Positions 38,925 through 52,782 of a DNA stretch of 64,000 bases are shown in pieces. Both the position numbers and the translations under genes were made by a program. Under the pieces are notes generated by a model. The model did not search any database, was not told the DNA's origin, and worked only from the letters and a program-made list of their open reading frames with translations. Source of the stretch: Eledone cirrhosa (lineage: Eukaryota); NCBI GenBank assembly GCA_964016885.1, contig OZ024745.1, forward strand, positions 46,810,001 through 46,874,000, given 5' to 3'. The stretch's first letter is position 1. Every line of letters starts with the position of its first letter.

Positions 38925-39935
38925 TCTTCATCTTCATCATCATCACCATTTTACGTCCATTCTTCCATACTAGCATGGGTTAGACGGGTTGTCCTGTTGT
39001 GTGCAATGGCAGGTCGGGTGACCTTGTCTTGCTCATACGGGAACTGATTTTGGCTTGATTTCTACAGCTGGATGCCCTTCCTAATATCAACCTCATTTAC
39101 AGTGAGTGCTGGGTGCTTTTTTTACCGTGATGCCTACACGGCCACTTTACAGTGTGGGCTGGGTGCTTTTTTGTCGTGACACCTCCACGACCACTTTGCA
39201 TTGGGAGGGCATATTGTCTATATGCTTTAGCTTTGGCTTGTACCTGTGGGAAGTTGGGTCTTCTGTATTACTGCATGACGCCAGAGGTCGCGGTTGTGTG
39301 ACATTGACCTTGAGAGGTGCAATTGGGTAAGGTCAGCTTTTATCACCTCATCTCAGGTCTTCTTGGTTCTCCCCACTCCAAGGCTTCGATTGACTTCTAG
39401 TGCTCTGCACCTTTTATGCAGCTGTTATCCTTCATACGCATCACATGTCCATACCAATGCAACCTCCTCTCCTGCACACAGCATTTGATTCCTCTTATGC
39501 TCAGTCTCTCTCTCAATTCGTTTATGCTTTGCCGTTCACGTATATTACTATTACACATCCATCAGAGCATGCAAGCTTTGTTTCTTTCTAATCTACGCAA
39601 GTCTCACAGCGCCCAGGTCTCACTACCATGTAACTTTGCTGTTTGTATGCATGCATCATACAGTCTCATTTTGAGGGAAAAGCCTTTTGCAGCTAGCAGT
39701 AGAAGTAGCTCCCTGAACTTCTTCCATCCTGTTCTTACCCTGGTTACTGTACTTTCAGAACACCCACCTCTGCTGCTAATTTGGTCACCTAGGTAGCAGA
39801 AGCTGTCTACTTTTTCTACAGAGCCCTCCAAGAGTTTGGTAATGCTTGTTTCCTGTGGCTGTTTGCTGCTTACTGTCCCGGTGCAGCTGCTACATGTAAA
39901 GCCTACATTCCTAACTAAGCTTCCTGAGATCCCAT
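38925..39935 (-). mobile_element. RTE-clade LINE 3' fragment with tail
   Basis: VEKVDSFCYLGDQIS...RVRTGWKKFRELL...LYDAC..LHGSETWA; (GAT)n-like tail at ~38925-38950. Confidence 0.85.
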
Positions 39936-40499
39936 GTTAAATCATTCTAAAAAAATACCGCAAGTAAGCAATCATTTAACTTTGATATATGTATAGATAT
40001 ATTCACACAGATAAAATATACCAGTGGGATTGCAACCAACAAACACTAGACAAATGTCTTTACATTAGTGATAGCAAGTTTGATATTTTAGATAAATGTA
40101 TTCTTTCATAATACTTATATATATCCCTTTATAAAAACATCTAGAAAAAAATGATATGATTGAAAAATGTTTTTTTTTATTTGTGCTAAACCCGGGATTA
40201 CATTTTTATACAGTTATTATGTTATAAATGAATACACAAGCCATAACAGAAAAATATTTTATAGTATGTGTATGAGGTCATATATATATATATTCTGTAT
40301 CTTGTGTACATTTTTTTAATTTATCTTATGTATATTCTGGTATAAAATTTATAATATATATCACATCAAGCGGCTCGCTCTGTTGTTTGCCAGATATATA
40401 TGATTTTTTTCATTTCTCATTTTTAACATGGCTCCCTCACAAATAGTTAAATTTACATGGTCACAGTCTAATGAATGGAACCAGAAACATAATTAATGG

Positions 40500-40698
40500 G
40501 TGGGCAGAGTTGTTAGAGCACTGGACAAATTATTTGTTGTATTCCAGCTCTTTACTTTATGAATTCAAATCCCATTATGGTCAACTTTGCCTTTCATCCT
40601 TTTGGGGGTCTATAAAATAAACTATTAGTCAAATACTTGTGTTGATTTAATGTTTTCTCTCTCCCAAATTCCTGGCCTGGTGCTTAAATATAGAAATT
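40500..40698 (+). mobile_element. tRNA-derived SINE (Meta/Sauria-like core)
   Basis: ttcaaatccc..ggtcaactttgcctttcatccttttggggg..aaaataa...ctggcctggtgcttaaatatagaaa. Confidence 0.7.
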
Positions 40699-40974
40699 AA
40701 AATGAATAGTGTAATAATTTTTATTAGGCGAATTGTTATCAAAAGTGACATATTTTGTATACTGAAGGCAATTCTACTGATATACACACTATTTAGAAAC
40801 ATTCATACTGAAGAGAATCCATACAACTATCGTATTTCCGATTAATATTTACTTTCAAAGCAGTGAATTAACTAAACATAAACACATTTGTAAATTGCCT
40901 GGTAGAATTTACAGGCAATCGAAATGTGGTTACTAAGAGTTAAGTACCTTAGTTATTGACACAATTGATTCCTT

Positions 40975-41085
40975 CAGCGTGGCTGAATGGTTAGAAAATT
41001 GGATTCGCAATCGTGAGGTTGTAACTTCGATTCCGGGAAGGGCGCTGCGTTATGTCCATGAGTAAGACACTTTATTTCACGTTGC
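40975..41085 (+). mobile_element. tRNA-derived SINE head (present in each array unit)
   Basis: A-box tggctgaatgg, B-box-like cttcgattcc, followed by tgtcc(a/t)tgagtaagacactttatttcacgttgc. Confidence 0.7.
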
Positions 41086-41635
41086 ACCTGGAATTACGAT
41101 CGATATATAGTATTAACAAGTGGAAAGACCAACGGGAACATTGTTTCCTCGGTCCAATTTGACTAAAAATCGATATATAGAGTAATTTCACCCGCACAGA
41201 CTCCCTCGTTCTTTCTCTCATGGCGAGAGTTAGTTCCCCTGACAGACACTTTATTTTAGATTACCCCCCCTAGTGGTTTATATTTATTTTCCCATGGAAG
41301 CAGATGTAAATTTTATCATCTTAGAAGTTGTAGTGAAACTCACATAGTCCCCACAAACATTTGGTTTGACACTAATGCGAACATCTGCCATATTTCACTT
41401 TTAGACTGTAAGTATGAAATATATCGAATTATCATTTCGATATTTTATATTAACTAAAATAAAACTACATTAATAGAAGTGGATATGGAAGGAGAGACCA
41501 TACCATAACACATGTTGGACCTTCATCAGTCCTGATGAGTGTTCCAGTTGTTTGATCAATGTAGCAGCTTGTTTGTGATATTAACATGCAAATGTATTTT
41601 TTTTACGTACCTACTACCTCCATCTCACTTTACAG

Positions 41636-41942
41636 ACTGAGTTCAAATCCCGTCGAGGTTAACTTTGCCTTTCATCCTTACGGGATCGATAAAATAAAGT
41701 ACCAGTAATACATTGGGATAATTGCTGGCCTTGTGCCAAAAGTAGAAACAATTATTATTTAGGGTGGTGGATTGGCAGTATCGGACGCCATGCTTTGACA
41801 TAGAGTTACGGACCTTGACATTCTGAGTTCAAATCCCACCGAGGTTAACTTTGCCTTTCATCCTTACGGGGACAATAAAATAAAGTACCAGTAATGCACT
41901 GAGTAATTGCTGGCCTTGTGCTAAAAGTAGAAACAATTATTA
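41636..41942 (+). mobile_element. Two tandem SINE copies (present in each array unit)
   Basis: ctgagttcaaatccc..cgaggttaactttgcctttcatccttacggg...ttgctggccttgtgc.aaaagtagaaacaattattat occurs twice, ~185 bp apart. Confidence 0.8.
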
Positions 41943-42398
41943 TCTCTGTAAGATATTTATTTTATTATCTGCTCAGTATCGTGGTTAGAATTGGGTTTTA
42001 TCTTATATCTCTATTCCTTTCCCCCTTTACATTTCATTACACCGGCATTCTTGTATTGCCTTATCTCCTTAATGCTTACTTCGAACAACGTGCCAGAGGA
42101 CATCAGGCAGACACGCATAGATACGTACGACAAGTTGACTGAGATGGCAATAATAGCTGCTAAATTATAGGAAGCCCCCAGCTGTGATCTGACTGAAAAG
42201 AGACAAGTGAATACGGTGAAATACCACTATGACAGAATTTGTGGTAGCATATATATAAGGATAATATTCAACCACAAGTCTACATGTTAAAACTAGCGTC
42301 CTGTCCAGGGGTGAGTCTTGAACTCTGTCGCTTCACGCCATAAAACCAGGATAAGCACCGGTCAAATGAGCCTTCTTGCTTAACACACACTTGAGACA

Positions 42399-43399
42399 TA
42401 TCACCTTGACCAACCAGTCTGTCGGGCGCCGCTGGTCACAGCACGTGCTGTTTTAGCCATCCTTTTTTTATGTGGGGTGGGGGGTGGGGGGGTGTTCCGT
42501 TTTTTATTTGGGTGTCCCATTATTTTATTTGGGTGGTCGTTTTTTATGGGGGGTCCGTTTTTTATTTGGGTGCCCCGTTTTTTATGGGGGGTGCCCGTTT
42601 TTTATGGGGGGTATCCGTTTTTTATTTGGGTGCCCCGTTTTTATGTGGGGTGGGGGGTGGGGGGTCCGTGTTTTATTTTGGTGCCCGGTTTTTTTATGGG
42701 GGGGTCCGTTTCTTATTTGGGTGCCCCGTTTTTTATTTGGGTGCCCCTTTTTTTTTATTTGAGTGCCCCGTTTTTTATTTGGGTGCCCCGTTTTTTATTT
42801 GGGTGCCCCGTTTTTTTATTTGAGTGCCCCGTTTTTTACTTGGGTGCCCCGTTTTTTATTTGGGTGCCCGTTTTTTTATTTCAGTGCCCCGTTTTTTATT
42901 TGGGTGCCCCGTTTTTTATTTGGGTGCCCCGTTTTTTATATGGGTACCCCTTTTTTTTATTTGGGTGCCTCGTTTTGTATTTGGGTCCCCGTTTTTATTG
43001 GGGGGTGCCATTTTTTTTTATTTGGATGCTCCGTTTTTTATTTAGGTGGCCCGTTTTTTTATTTGGGTGCCCCGTTTTTAATTTGGGTGCCCCGTTTTTT
43101 TATTTGGGTGCTCCGTTTTTTATTTGGGTGCTCCTTTTTTTTCATTTGGGTGCCCCATTTTTATGGGGTGGTGTCCGTTTTTTTATGGGGGAGGGTCCCT
43201 TTCTTATTTGGGTGTCCCGTTTTATGGGGGGGGGGGGGGGGTCCATTTTTTATTTGGGTGCCTCGTTTTTTTTATCTGGGTGCCACGTTTTTTTATTTGG
43301 GTGCCACGTTTTTTTATTTGGGTGCCACGTTTTTTTATTTGGGTGCCCCGTTTTTTATTGGGTGGGGGTCCGTTTTTTATTTGGTCGGTCAAGGTGATA
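42399..43399. mobile_element. TIR-bounded satellite-filled element, copy 1 (1.0 kb)
   Basis: tatcaccttgaccaacca ... tggtcggtcaaggtgata (one mismatch); interior ~20-bp (T)nATTTGGGTGCCCCG repeats. Confidence 0.8.
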
Positions 43400-45077
43400 A
43401 TAGTGTAATAATTTTTATTAGGCGAATTATTATCAAAAGTGACATATTTTGTATACTGAAGGCAATTCTACTGATATACACACTATTTAGAAACATTCAT
43501 ACTGAAGAGAATCCATACAACTATAGTATTTCCAATTAATATTTACTTTCAAAACAGTGAATTAACTAAACATAAACACATTTGTAAATTGCATGGTAGA
43601 ATTTACAGGCAATCGAAATGTGGTTACTAAGAGTTAAGTACCTCAGTTATTGACACAATTGATTCCTTCAGCGTGGCTGAATGGTTAGCAAATTGGATTC
43701 GCAATCGTGAGGTTGTAACTTCGATTCCGGGAAGGGCGATGCGTTATGTCCTTGAGTAAGACACTTTATTTCACGTTGCTCCTTCTACCTGGAGTTGCGA
43801 TCGATATATAGTATTAACAAGTGGAAAGACCAACGGGAACATTGTTTCCTCGGTCCAATTTGACTAAAAATCGATATATAGAGTAATTTCACCCGCACAG
43901 ACTCCCTCGTTCTTTCTCTCATGGCGAGAGTTAGTTCCCCTGACAGACACTTTATTTTAGATTACCTCCCCTAGTGGTTTATTTTTATTTTCCCATGGAA
44001 GCAGATGTAAACTTTATCATCTTGGAAGTCGTAGTGAAACTCACATAGTCCCCACAAACATTTGGTTTGACAGTAATGCGAACATCTGCCATATTTCACT
44101 TTTAGACTGTAAGTATGAAATATATCGAATTATCATTTCGATATTTTATATTAACTAAAATAAAACTACATTAATAGAAGTGGATATGGAAGGAGAGACC
44201 ATACCATAACACATGTTGGACCTTCATCAGTTCTGATGAGTGTTCCAGTTGTTTGATCAATGTAGCAGCTTGTTTGTGATATTAACATGCAAATGTATTT
44301 TTTCTACGTACCTACTACCTCCATCTCACTTTACAGACTGAGTTCAAATCCCGTCGAGGTTAACTTTGCCTTTCATCCTTACGGGGTCGATAAAATAAAG
44401 TACCAGTAATACATTGGAATAATTGCTGGCCTTGTGCCAAAAGTAGAAACAATTATTATTTAGGGTGGTGGATTGGCAATATCGGACGCCATGCTTTGAC
44501 ATAGAGTTACGGCCCTTGACATTCTGAGTTCAAATCCCACCGAGGTTAACTTTGCCTTTCATCCTTACGGGGTCGATAAAATAAAGTACCAGTAATGCAC
44601 TGAGTAATTGCTGGCCTTGTGCTAAAAGTAGAAACAATTATTATGTCTGTAAGATATTTATTTTATTATCTGCTCAGTATCGAGGTTAGAATTGGGTTTT
44701 ATCTTATATCTCTATTCCTTTCCCCCTTTACATTTCATTACACCGGCATTCTTGCTTACTTCGAACAATGTGCCAGAGGACATCAGGCAGACACGCATAG
44801 ATACGTACGACAAGTTGACTGAGATGGCAATAATAGCTGCTAAATTATAGGAAGCCCCAGCTGTGATCTGACTGAAAAGAGACAAGTGAATACGGTGAAA
44901 TAACACTATGACAGAATTTGTGGTAGCATATATATAAGGATAATATTCAACCACAAGTCTACATGTTAAAACTAGCGTCCTGTCCAGGGGTGAGTCTTGA
45001 ACTCTGTCGCTTCACGCCATAAAACTAGGATAAGCACCGGTCAAATGAGCCTTCTTGCTTAACACACACTTGAGACA

Positions 45078-45993
45078 TATCACCTTGACCGACCAGTCTG
45101 TCGGGCGCCGCTGGTCACAGCACGTGCTGTTTTAGCCATCCTTTTTTATGGGGGGGGGGGTCCGTTTTTTATGGGGGGTGGTCCGTTTTTATTTGGATGT
45201 CCGTTTTTTATGGAGGGGAGGTCCGTTTCTTATTTTGGTGCCCCGTTTTTTATTTGGGTGTCCCATTATTTTATTTGGGTGTCCCATTATTTTATTTGGG
45301 TGCCCCGTTTTTTATTTGGGTGCCCCGTTTTTTTATTTGGGGGTCCGTTTTTTATTTGGGTGCCCCGTTTATTTATGGGGGCGGGTTCGTTTTTTATTTG
45401 GATGCACCGTTTTTTTATGGGGGGTCCGTTTTTATCTGGGTACCCCGTTTATTATGGGAGGGGGCGTTTTTTATTTGGGTGCCTCGTTTTTTATTTGGGT
45501 GCCCCGTTTTTTATTTGGGTGCCCCGTTTTTTTATGGAGGGGTCCGTTTTTTATTTGGGTGCCCCGTTTTTTATGGGGGGGGTCCGTTTATTATTTGGGT
45601 GCCCCGTTTTTTTATGGGGGGATCCGTTTTTTATTTGGGTGCCCCGTTTTTTATTTGGGTGCCCCGTTTTCATGGGGGAGTCCGTTTTTTATTTGGGTGC
45701 CCCGTTTTTTTATGGGGGCTCCGTTTTTTATTTGGGTCCGTTTTTTATTTGGATGTCCCGTTTTTTTATGGGGGAGGTCTGTTTTTTATTTGGGTGCCCC
45801 GTTTTTTTATGGGGGGGGGGGTCCGTTTTTTATTTGGGCGCCCCGTTTTTTATTTGGGTGCCCCGTTTTTATTTGGGTGCCCCGTCTTTTTATGGGGGGT
45901 CCGTTTTTTTATTTGGGTGCCCTGTTTTTTATTTGGGTGCCCCGTTTTTTATTGGGTGGGGGTCCGTTTTTTATTTGGTCGGTCAAGGTGATA
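45078..45993. mobile_element. TIR-bounded satellite-filled element, copy 2 (0.9 kb)
   Basis: Perfect 18-bp inverted repeat tatcaccttgaccgacca / tggtcggtcaaggtgata. Confidence 0.8.
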
Positions 45994-47693
45994 ATAGTGT
46001 AATAATTTTTATTAGGCGAATTATTATCAAAAGTGACATATTTTGTATACTGAAGGCAATTCTACTGATATACACACTATTTAGAAACATTCATACTGAA
46101 GAGAATCCATACAACTATAGTATTTCCAATTAATATTTACTTTCAAAACAGTGAATTAACTAAACATAAACACATTTGTAAATTGCATGGTAGAATTTAC
46201 AGGCAATCGAAATGTGGTTACTAAGAGTTAAGTACCTCAGTTATTGACACAATTGATTCCTTCAGCGTGGCTGAATGGTTAGCAAATTGGATTCGCAATC
46301 GTGAGGTTGTAACTTCGATTCCGGGAAGGGCGATGCGTTATGTCCTTGAGTAAGACACTTTATTTCACGTTGCTCCTTCTACCTGGAGTTGCGATCGATA
46401 TATAGTATTAACAAGTGGAAAGACCAACGGGAACATTGTTTCCTCGGTCCAATTTGACGAAAAAATCGATATATAGAGTAATTTCACCCGCACAGTCTCC
46501 CTCGTTCTTTCTCTCATGGCGAGAGTTAGTTCCCCTGACAGACACTTTATTTTAGATTACCTCCCCTAGTGGTTTATTTTTATTTTCCCATGGAAGCAGA
46601 TGTAAACTTTATCATCTTGGAAGTCGTAGTGAAACTCACATAGTCCCCACAAACATTTGGTTTGACAGTAATGCGAACATCTGCCATATTTCACTTTTAG
46701 ACTGTAAGTATGAAATATATCGAATTATCATTTCGATATTTTATATTAACTAAAATAAAACTACATTAATAGAAGTGGATATGGAAGGAGAGACCATACC
46801 ATAACACATGTTGGACCTTCATCAGTTCTGATGAGTGTTCCAGTTGTTTGATCAATGTAGCAGCTTGTTTGTGATATCAACATGCAAATGTATTTTTTCT
46901 ACGTACCTACTACCTCCATCTCACTTTACAGACTGAGTTCAAATCCCGTCGAGGTTAACTTTGCCTTTCATCCTTACGGGGTCGATAAAATAAAGTACCA
47001 GTAATACATTGGAATAATTGCTGGCCTTGTGCCAAAAGTAGAAACAATTATTATTTAGGGTGGTGGATTGGCAATATCGGACGCCATGCTTTGACATAGA
47101 GTTACGGCCCTTGACATTCTGAGTTCAAATCCCACCGAGGTTAACTTTGCCTTTCATCCTTACGGGGTCGATAAAATAAAGTACCAGTAATGCACTGAGT
47201 AATTGCTGGCCTTGTGCTAAAAGTAGAAACAATTATTATGTCTGTAAGATATTTATTTTATTATCTGCTCAGTATCGAGGTTAGAATTGGGTTTTATCTT
47301 ATATCTCTATTCCTTTCCCCCTTTACATTTCATTACACCGGCATTCTTGTATTGCCTTATCTCCTTAATGCTTACTTCGAACAATGTGCCAGAGGACATC
47401 AGGCAGACACGCATAGATACGTACGACAAGTTGACTGAGATGGCAATAATAGCTGCTAAATTATAGGAAGCCCCAGCTGTGATCTGACTGAAAAGAGACA
47501 AGTGAATACGGTGAAATACCACTATGACAGAATTTGTGGTAGCATATATATAAGGATAATATTCAACCACAAGTCTACATGTTAAAACTAGCGTCCTGTC
47601 CAGGGGTGAGTCTTGAACTCTGTCGCTTCACGCCATAAAACCAGGATAAGCACCGGTCAAATGAGCCTTCTTGCTTAACACACACTTGAGACA

Positions 47694-50600
47694 TATCACC
47701 TTGACCGACCAGTCTGTCGGGCGCCGCTGGTCACAGCACGTGCTGTTTTAGCCATCCTTTTTTATGGGGGGGGGGGGGGTCCGTTTTTTATGGGGAGTGG
47801 TCCGTTTTTATTTGGATGTCCGTTTTTTATGGAGGGGAGGTCCGTTTCTTATTTTGGTGCCCCGTTTTTTATTTGGGTGTCCCATTATTTTATTTGGGTG
47901 CCCCGTTTTTTATTTGGGTGCCCCGTTTTTTTATTTGGCGGTCCGTTTTTTATTTGGGTGCCCCGTTTATTTTATGGGGGGGGGGGTTATTTGGGTGCCC
48001 CGTTTATTTATGGGGGCGGGTTCGTTTTTAATTTGGATGCACCGTTTTTTTATGGGGGGTCCGTTTTTATCTGGGTACCCCGTTTATTATGGGAGGGGGC
48101 GGTTTTTATTTGGGTGCCTCGTTTTTTATTTGGGTGCCCCGTTTTTTATTTGGGTGCCCCGTTTTTTTATGGAGGGGTCCGTTTTTTATTTGGGTGCCCC
48201 GTTTTAAAGGTTGGTCCGTTTTTTATTTGGGTGCCCCTTTTTTTAATTGGGTTCCCCATTCTTTATTTGGGTGCCCTGTTCTTTATTTGGGTGCCCCGTT
48301 TTTTATTTGCGTGCTCCGTTTTTTTATTTGGGTGCCCCGTTTTTTATGGGGGGTTCCGTCTTTTGTTTGGGTGCCCCGTTTTTTATTTGGGTGCCCCGTT
48401 TTATTATTTGGGTTCCCCGTTTTTAATTTGGGTGCTCCGTTTTTTTATTTGGATGCCCGTTTTTTATTTGGGTGCACCGTATTTTATTTGGGTGAACCGT
48501 ATTTTATTTGGGTGCCTCGTCTATTATTTGGGTGCCCCGTTTTTTATTGGGGTGGGGTTCGTTTTTTATGGTGGAGTCCGTTTTTTATTTGGGTGCCCCG
48601 TTTTATGGGGGGGCGTATTTTATTTGGGTGCCCCGTTTTTATATGGGGGGTCCGTTTTTTATTTGGGTGCCCCGTCTTTTTATTTGGGTGCCCCGTTTTT
48701 TATTTGAGTGCCCCGTTTTTTAATTGGGTTCCCCGTTCTTTATTTGGTTGCCCCGTTCTTTATTAGGGTGCCCCATTTTTTATTTGGGTGCCTCGTTTTT
48801 TTATTTGGGTGACTCGTTTTTTATTTGGGTGCCCCGTTTTTTTATTTGGGTGCCCCGTTTTTTATTTGGGTGCCCCGTTTTTTTATTTGGGTCCCTCGTT
48901 TTTTATTGGGTGGGGTCCGTTTTTTATTTGGGTGCCCCGTTTTAAAGGGTGGTCCGTTTTTTATTTGGGTTCCCCGTTCTTTATTTGGGTGCCCTGTTCT
49001 TTATTTGGGTGCCTAATCTTTTATTTGGTGCCCTGTTTTTTATTTGGGTGCCCCGTTTTATGGGCGGGTTCCGCTTTTTATTTGGATGCCCCGTTTTTTA
49101 TTTGGTGCCCCGTTTTTAATTTGGGTACCCCGTACTTTTATTTGGGTGCCCCATTTTATTATTTGGGTTCCCCGTTTTTAATTTGGGTGCTCCGTTTTTT
49201 TATTTGGATGCCCGTTTTTTATTTGGGTGCACCGTATTTTATTTGGGTGAACCGTATTTTATTTGGGTGAACCGTCTATTATTTGGGTGCCCCGTTTTTT
49301 ATTGGGGTGGGGTTCGTTTTTTATGGTGGAGTCCGTTTTTTATTTGGGTGCCCCGTTTTATGGGGAGGGGGGGGGGCGTATTTTATTTGGGTGCCCCGTT
49401 TTTATATAGGGGGTCCGTTTTTTATTTGGGTGCCCCGTCTTTTTATTTGGGTGCCCCGTTTTTTATTTGAGTGCCCCGTTTTTTAATTGGGTTCCCCGTT
49501 CTTTATTTGGTTGCCCCGTTCTTTATTAGGGTGCCCCGTTTTTTTATTTGGGTGCCCCGTTTTTTATTTGGGTGCCCCGTTTTTTTATTTGGGTCCCTCG
49601 TTTTTTATTGGGTGGGGTCCGTTTTTTATTTGGGTGCCCCGTTTTAAAGGGTGGTCCGTTTTTTATTTGGGTTCCCCGTTCTTTATTTGGGTGCCCCATC
49701 TTTTATTTGGTGCCCCGTTTTTTATTTGGGTGCCCCGTTTTATGGGCGGGTTCCGTTTTTTATTTGGATGACCCGTTTTTTATCTGGTGCCCCGTTTTTA
49801 ATTTGGGTACCCCGTACTTTTATTTGGGTGCGCGTTTTTTTATTTGGGTGCACGTTTTTTTATTTGGGTGCACGTTTTTTTATTTTGGTGCCCCTTTTTT
49901 TATTTGGGTGCCCAGTTTTTTATTGGGGGTGGGTCCGTTTCTTATTTGGGCGTCCCGTTTTTCTATTTGGGTGCCCCTTTATTATTTGGGTGCCCCGTCT
50001 TTTATCTGGGTGCTCGGTTTTTTTTTAGGGTGCCCGTCTTTTATGGGGGGTCCGTTTTTTTATTTGGGTGACCCGTTTTTTAATTTGGGTGCCCTGTTTT
50101 TATTTGGGTGCCCCGTTTTTTATGGGGGTTCCGTTTCTAATTTGGGTGGCCGGTTTTTTATTTGGGTGGTCGGTTTTTTATTTGGGTGACCAGTTATATT
50201 ATTTGAGTGCCCCGTTTTTTATTGGGGTCCGTTTTTTATGGGGGGTCCGTTTTTTATTTGGGTGCCCCGTTTTTTATGGGGTCCGTTTTTTATGGGGTGT
50301 CCATTTTTTATTTGGGTGCCCCGTCTTTTATGGGGTCCGTTTTTTTATGGGGTGTCAATTTTTTATTTGGGTGCCCCGTTTTTTATGTAGGTTCCTTTTT
50401 TTATTTGGGTGGTCGGTTTTAATGGGCGGGGTCCGTTATTTATTTGGGCGCATCGTTTTTTTATGGGGTGGTTGTTTGGGTTCCCCGTTTTTTATTTGGG
50501 TGCCCCGTTTTTGATTTGGGTGCACAGGGTTTTATTATGGGGTGGTTGTTTGGGTTCCCCGTTTTTTATTTGGGTGTCCCGTTTTTTTATTTAGGTGCCC

Positions 50601-52782
50601 CTTTTTTATTTGGGTGCCCCGTCTTTTATTTGGGTGCCCCGTTTTTTTAATTTGGGTGCCCCTTTTTATTTGGGTGCACAGGGTTTTATTTGAGTGCCCC
50701 TTTTTTTATTTGGGTGCCCTTTTTTTAAGGGAGGGCGTCCGTTTTTTATTTGGACGCCCCGATTTTTATCTGGTGCCCCGTTTTTTATTTGGGTGCCCCG
50801 TTTTTTTATTTGGGTGCTCCGTTTTTTTATTTGGGTGCCCGTTTTTTATTGGGGGTTGAGTCCGTTTTTTATTTGGGTGCCCCGTTTTTTTTTTTTTGGG
50901 TGCCCGTTTTTTATGGGAGGCTCCGTTTTTTATTTGGGTTCCGCGTTCTTTATTTGGGTGCCCTGTTATTTTATTTGGCTGCCCGTTTTTTATTGGGGGT
51001 TTTTTTTTATTTGTGTGCCCCTATTTTATTTGGGTGCCCCGTCTTTTATTTGGGTGCCCCTTTTTTATTTGGATTCCCCGTTTTTTTTCTAGGTTCACCG
51101 TTTTTTATTTGGGTTCCCCTTTTTTTATTTGGGTGCCCGTTTTTTAAGGGAGGGGGTCCGTTTTTTATTTGGGTGCCCCTTTTTTGTTATTTGGATGCCC
51201 CGTTCTTTATTTGGGTGGCCGTTTTCTTTATTTGCGTGCCCATTTTTTATGGTGGGGTCCGTTTTTCATTTGGGTGCCCCGTCCTTTATTTGGGTGCCCC
51301 GTTTTTTATTTGGGTGCTCTGTTTTTTTATTTGGGTGCCACGTTTTTTATGGGTTGGGGTCAGTTTTTTTATGAGGGTGCGTTTTTTATTTGGGTGCCCC
51401 GTTTTTTATTTGGGTGCCCCATTTTTTTATTTGGGTGCCAGGTATTTTATTTGGGTGCCCCGTTTTTTATTTGGGTGCCCGATTTTTTTATTTGTGTGCC
51501 CCGTTATTTATTTGGGTACCCGTTTTTTATGGGGGGTAGGGGGCGTTTTTTATTTGGGTGCACCGTTTTTTATGGGGGGGGGGGGGCGTTTTTTATCTAC
51601 GTGCCCCTTTTTTTATTTGGGTGCCCCGTTTTTTATTTGGGTGCCCCATTTTTTTATTTGGGTGCCAGGTATTTTATTTGGGTGCCACGTTTTTTATTTG
51701 GGTGCCCCGTTTTTTATTTGGGTGCCCCGTTTTTTATTTGGGTGCCCCGTTTTTTATTTGTGTGCCCCGTTTTTTTATTTGGGTGCGCCGTTTTTTATGG
51801 GGGGGCCGTTTATTATGGGGGCTCCGTTTTTTATTTGGGTGACTCGTTTTTTATTTGGGTGCCCCGTTTTTATGGGGGATGTGCGTTCTTGATGGGGGGC
51901 ATTTTTTATGGGGAGGGCCGTTTTTTATTTGGGTGCTCGGTTTTTTTATTTGGCTGCCCCGTTTTTTATGGGGTCGGGTCCGTTTTTTATGGGTCGGAGT
52001 CCCTTTTTTATTTGGGTTCCCCGTTTTATGGGGGCGGGTGGCGTTATTTATTTGGTTGCCCCGTTTTTTATTTGGGTGCCCGGTCTTTTTTTTTATCAGG
52101 GTGCCCGGTTTTTTTTTATCAGGAAGCCCCGCTTTTTATGGGGGTCCGTTTTTTATGGGGGGTCCGTTTTTTATGGGGGGGGGGTCCGTTTTTTATTTGG
52201 GTGCCCCATTTTTTATTTGGTGCCCCGTTTTTTATTTGAGTGCCCCGTTTTTTATTTGGGTGCCCCGTTTTATATGGGTGCCCCGTTTTTTTATTTGGGT
52301 GCCCCGTTTTGTATTTGCGTCCCCGTTTTTTTATTTGGGTGCCCCATTTTGTATTTGGGTCCCCGTTTTGATTGGGGGTGCCCGTTTTTTTTATTTGGGT
52401 GCCCCGTTTTTTATTTGGGTGCCCCTTTTTTTTTATTTGGGTACCCCTTTTTAATTTGGGTGCCCCGTTTTTTTATTTGGGTGCCCCGATTTTATTTGGG
52501 TGCTCCGTTTTTTTATTTGGGTGCCCCATTCTTATGGGGTGGGGTCCGTTTTTTATGGAGAGTCCCTTTTTTATTAGGGTGTCCCGTTTTATGAGGGGGC
52601 GGGGGTCCGTTTTTTTATTTGGGTGCCCCTTTTTTTTTATCTGGGTGCCCCGTTTTTTTTGGGGTGCGGCGTTTTTTATTTGAGTGCCCCGTTTTTTTAT
52701 TTGGGTGCCACGTTTGTTTATTTGGGTGCCCCGTTTTTTATTGGGTGGGGGTCCGTTTTTAATTTGGTCGGTCAAGGTGATA
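47694..52782. mobile_element. TIR-bounded satellite-filled element, copy 3 (5.1 kb)
   Basis: Same 18-bp inverted termini. Confidence 0.8.

Noticed and set aside
40975-41047. tRNA gene in each array unit (also tRNA-like at 7190-7260)
   Set aside because: A/B-box-like motifs are present, but the stems do not form a full cloverleaf and the sequence runs into a SINE body.
41515-41590. CTGATGA on both strands, suggesting a hammerhead or C/D-box RNA in the array unit
   Set aside because: No properly placed stem II plus GAAA; the context resembles a SINE body fragment.
41918-42142. 74-aa ORF (MLKVETII...) conserved in all units
   Set aside because: Starts at a non-ATG codon inside a SINE tail; its conservation only reflects recent duplication.
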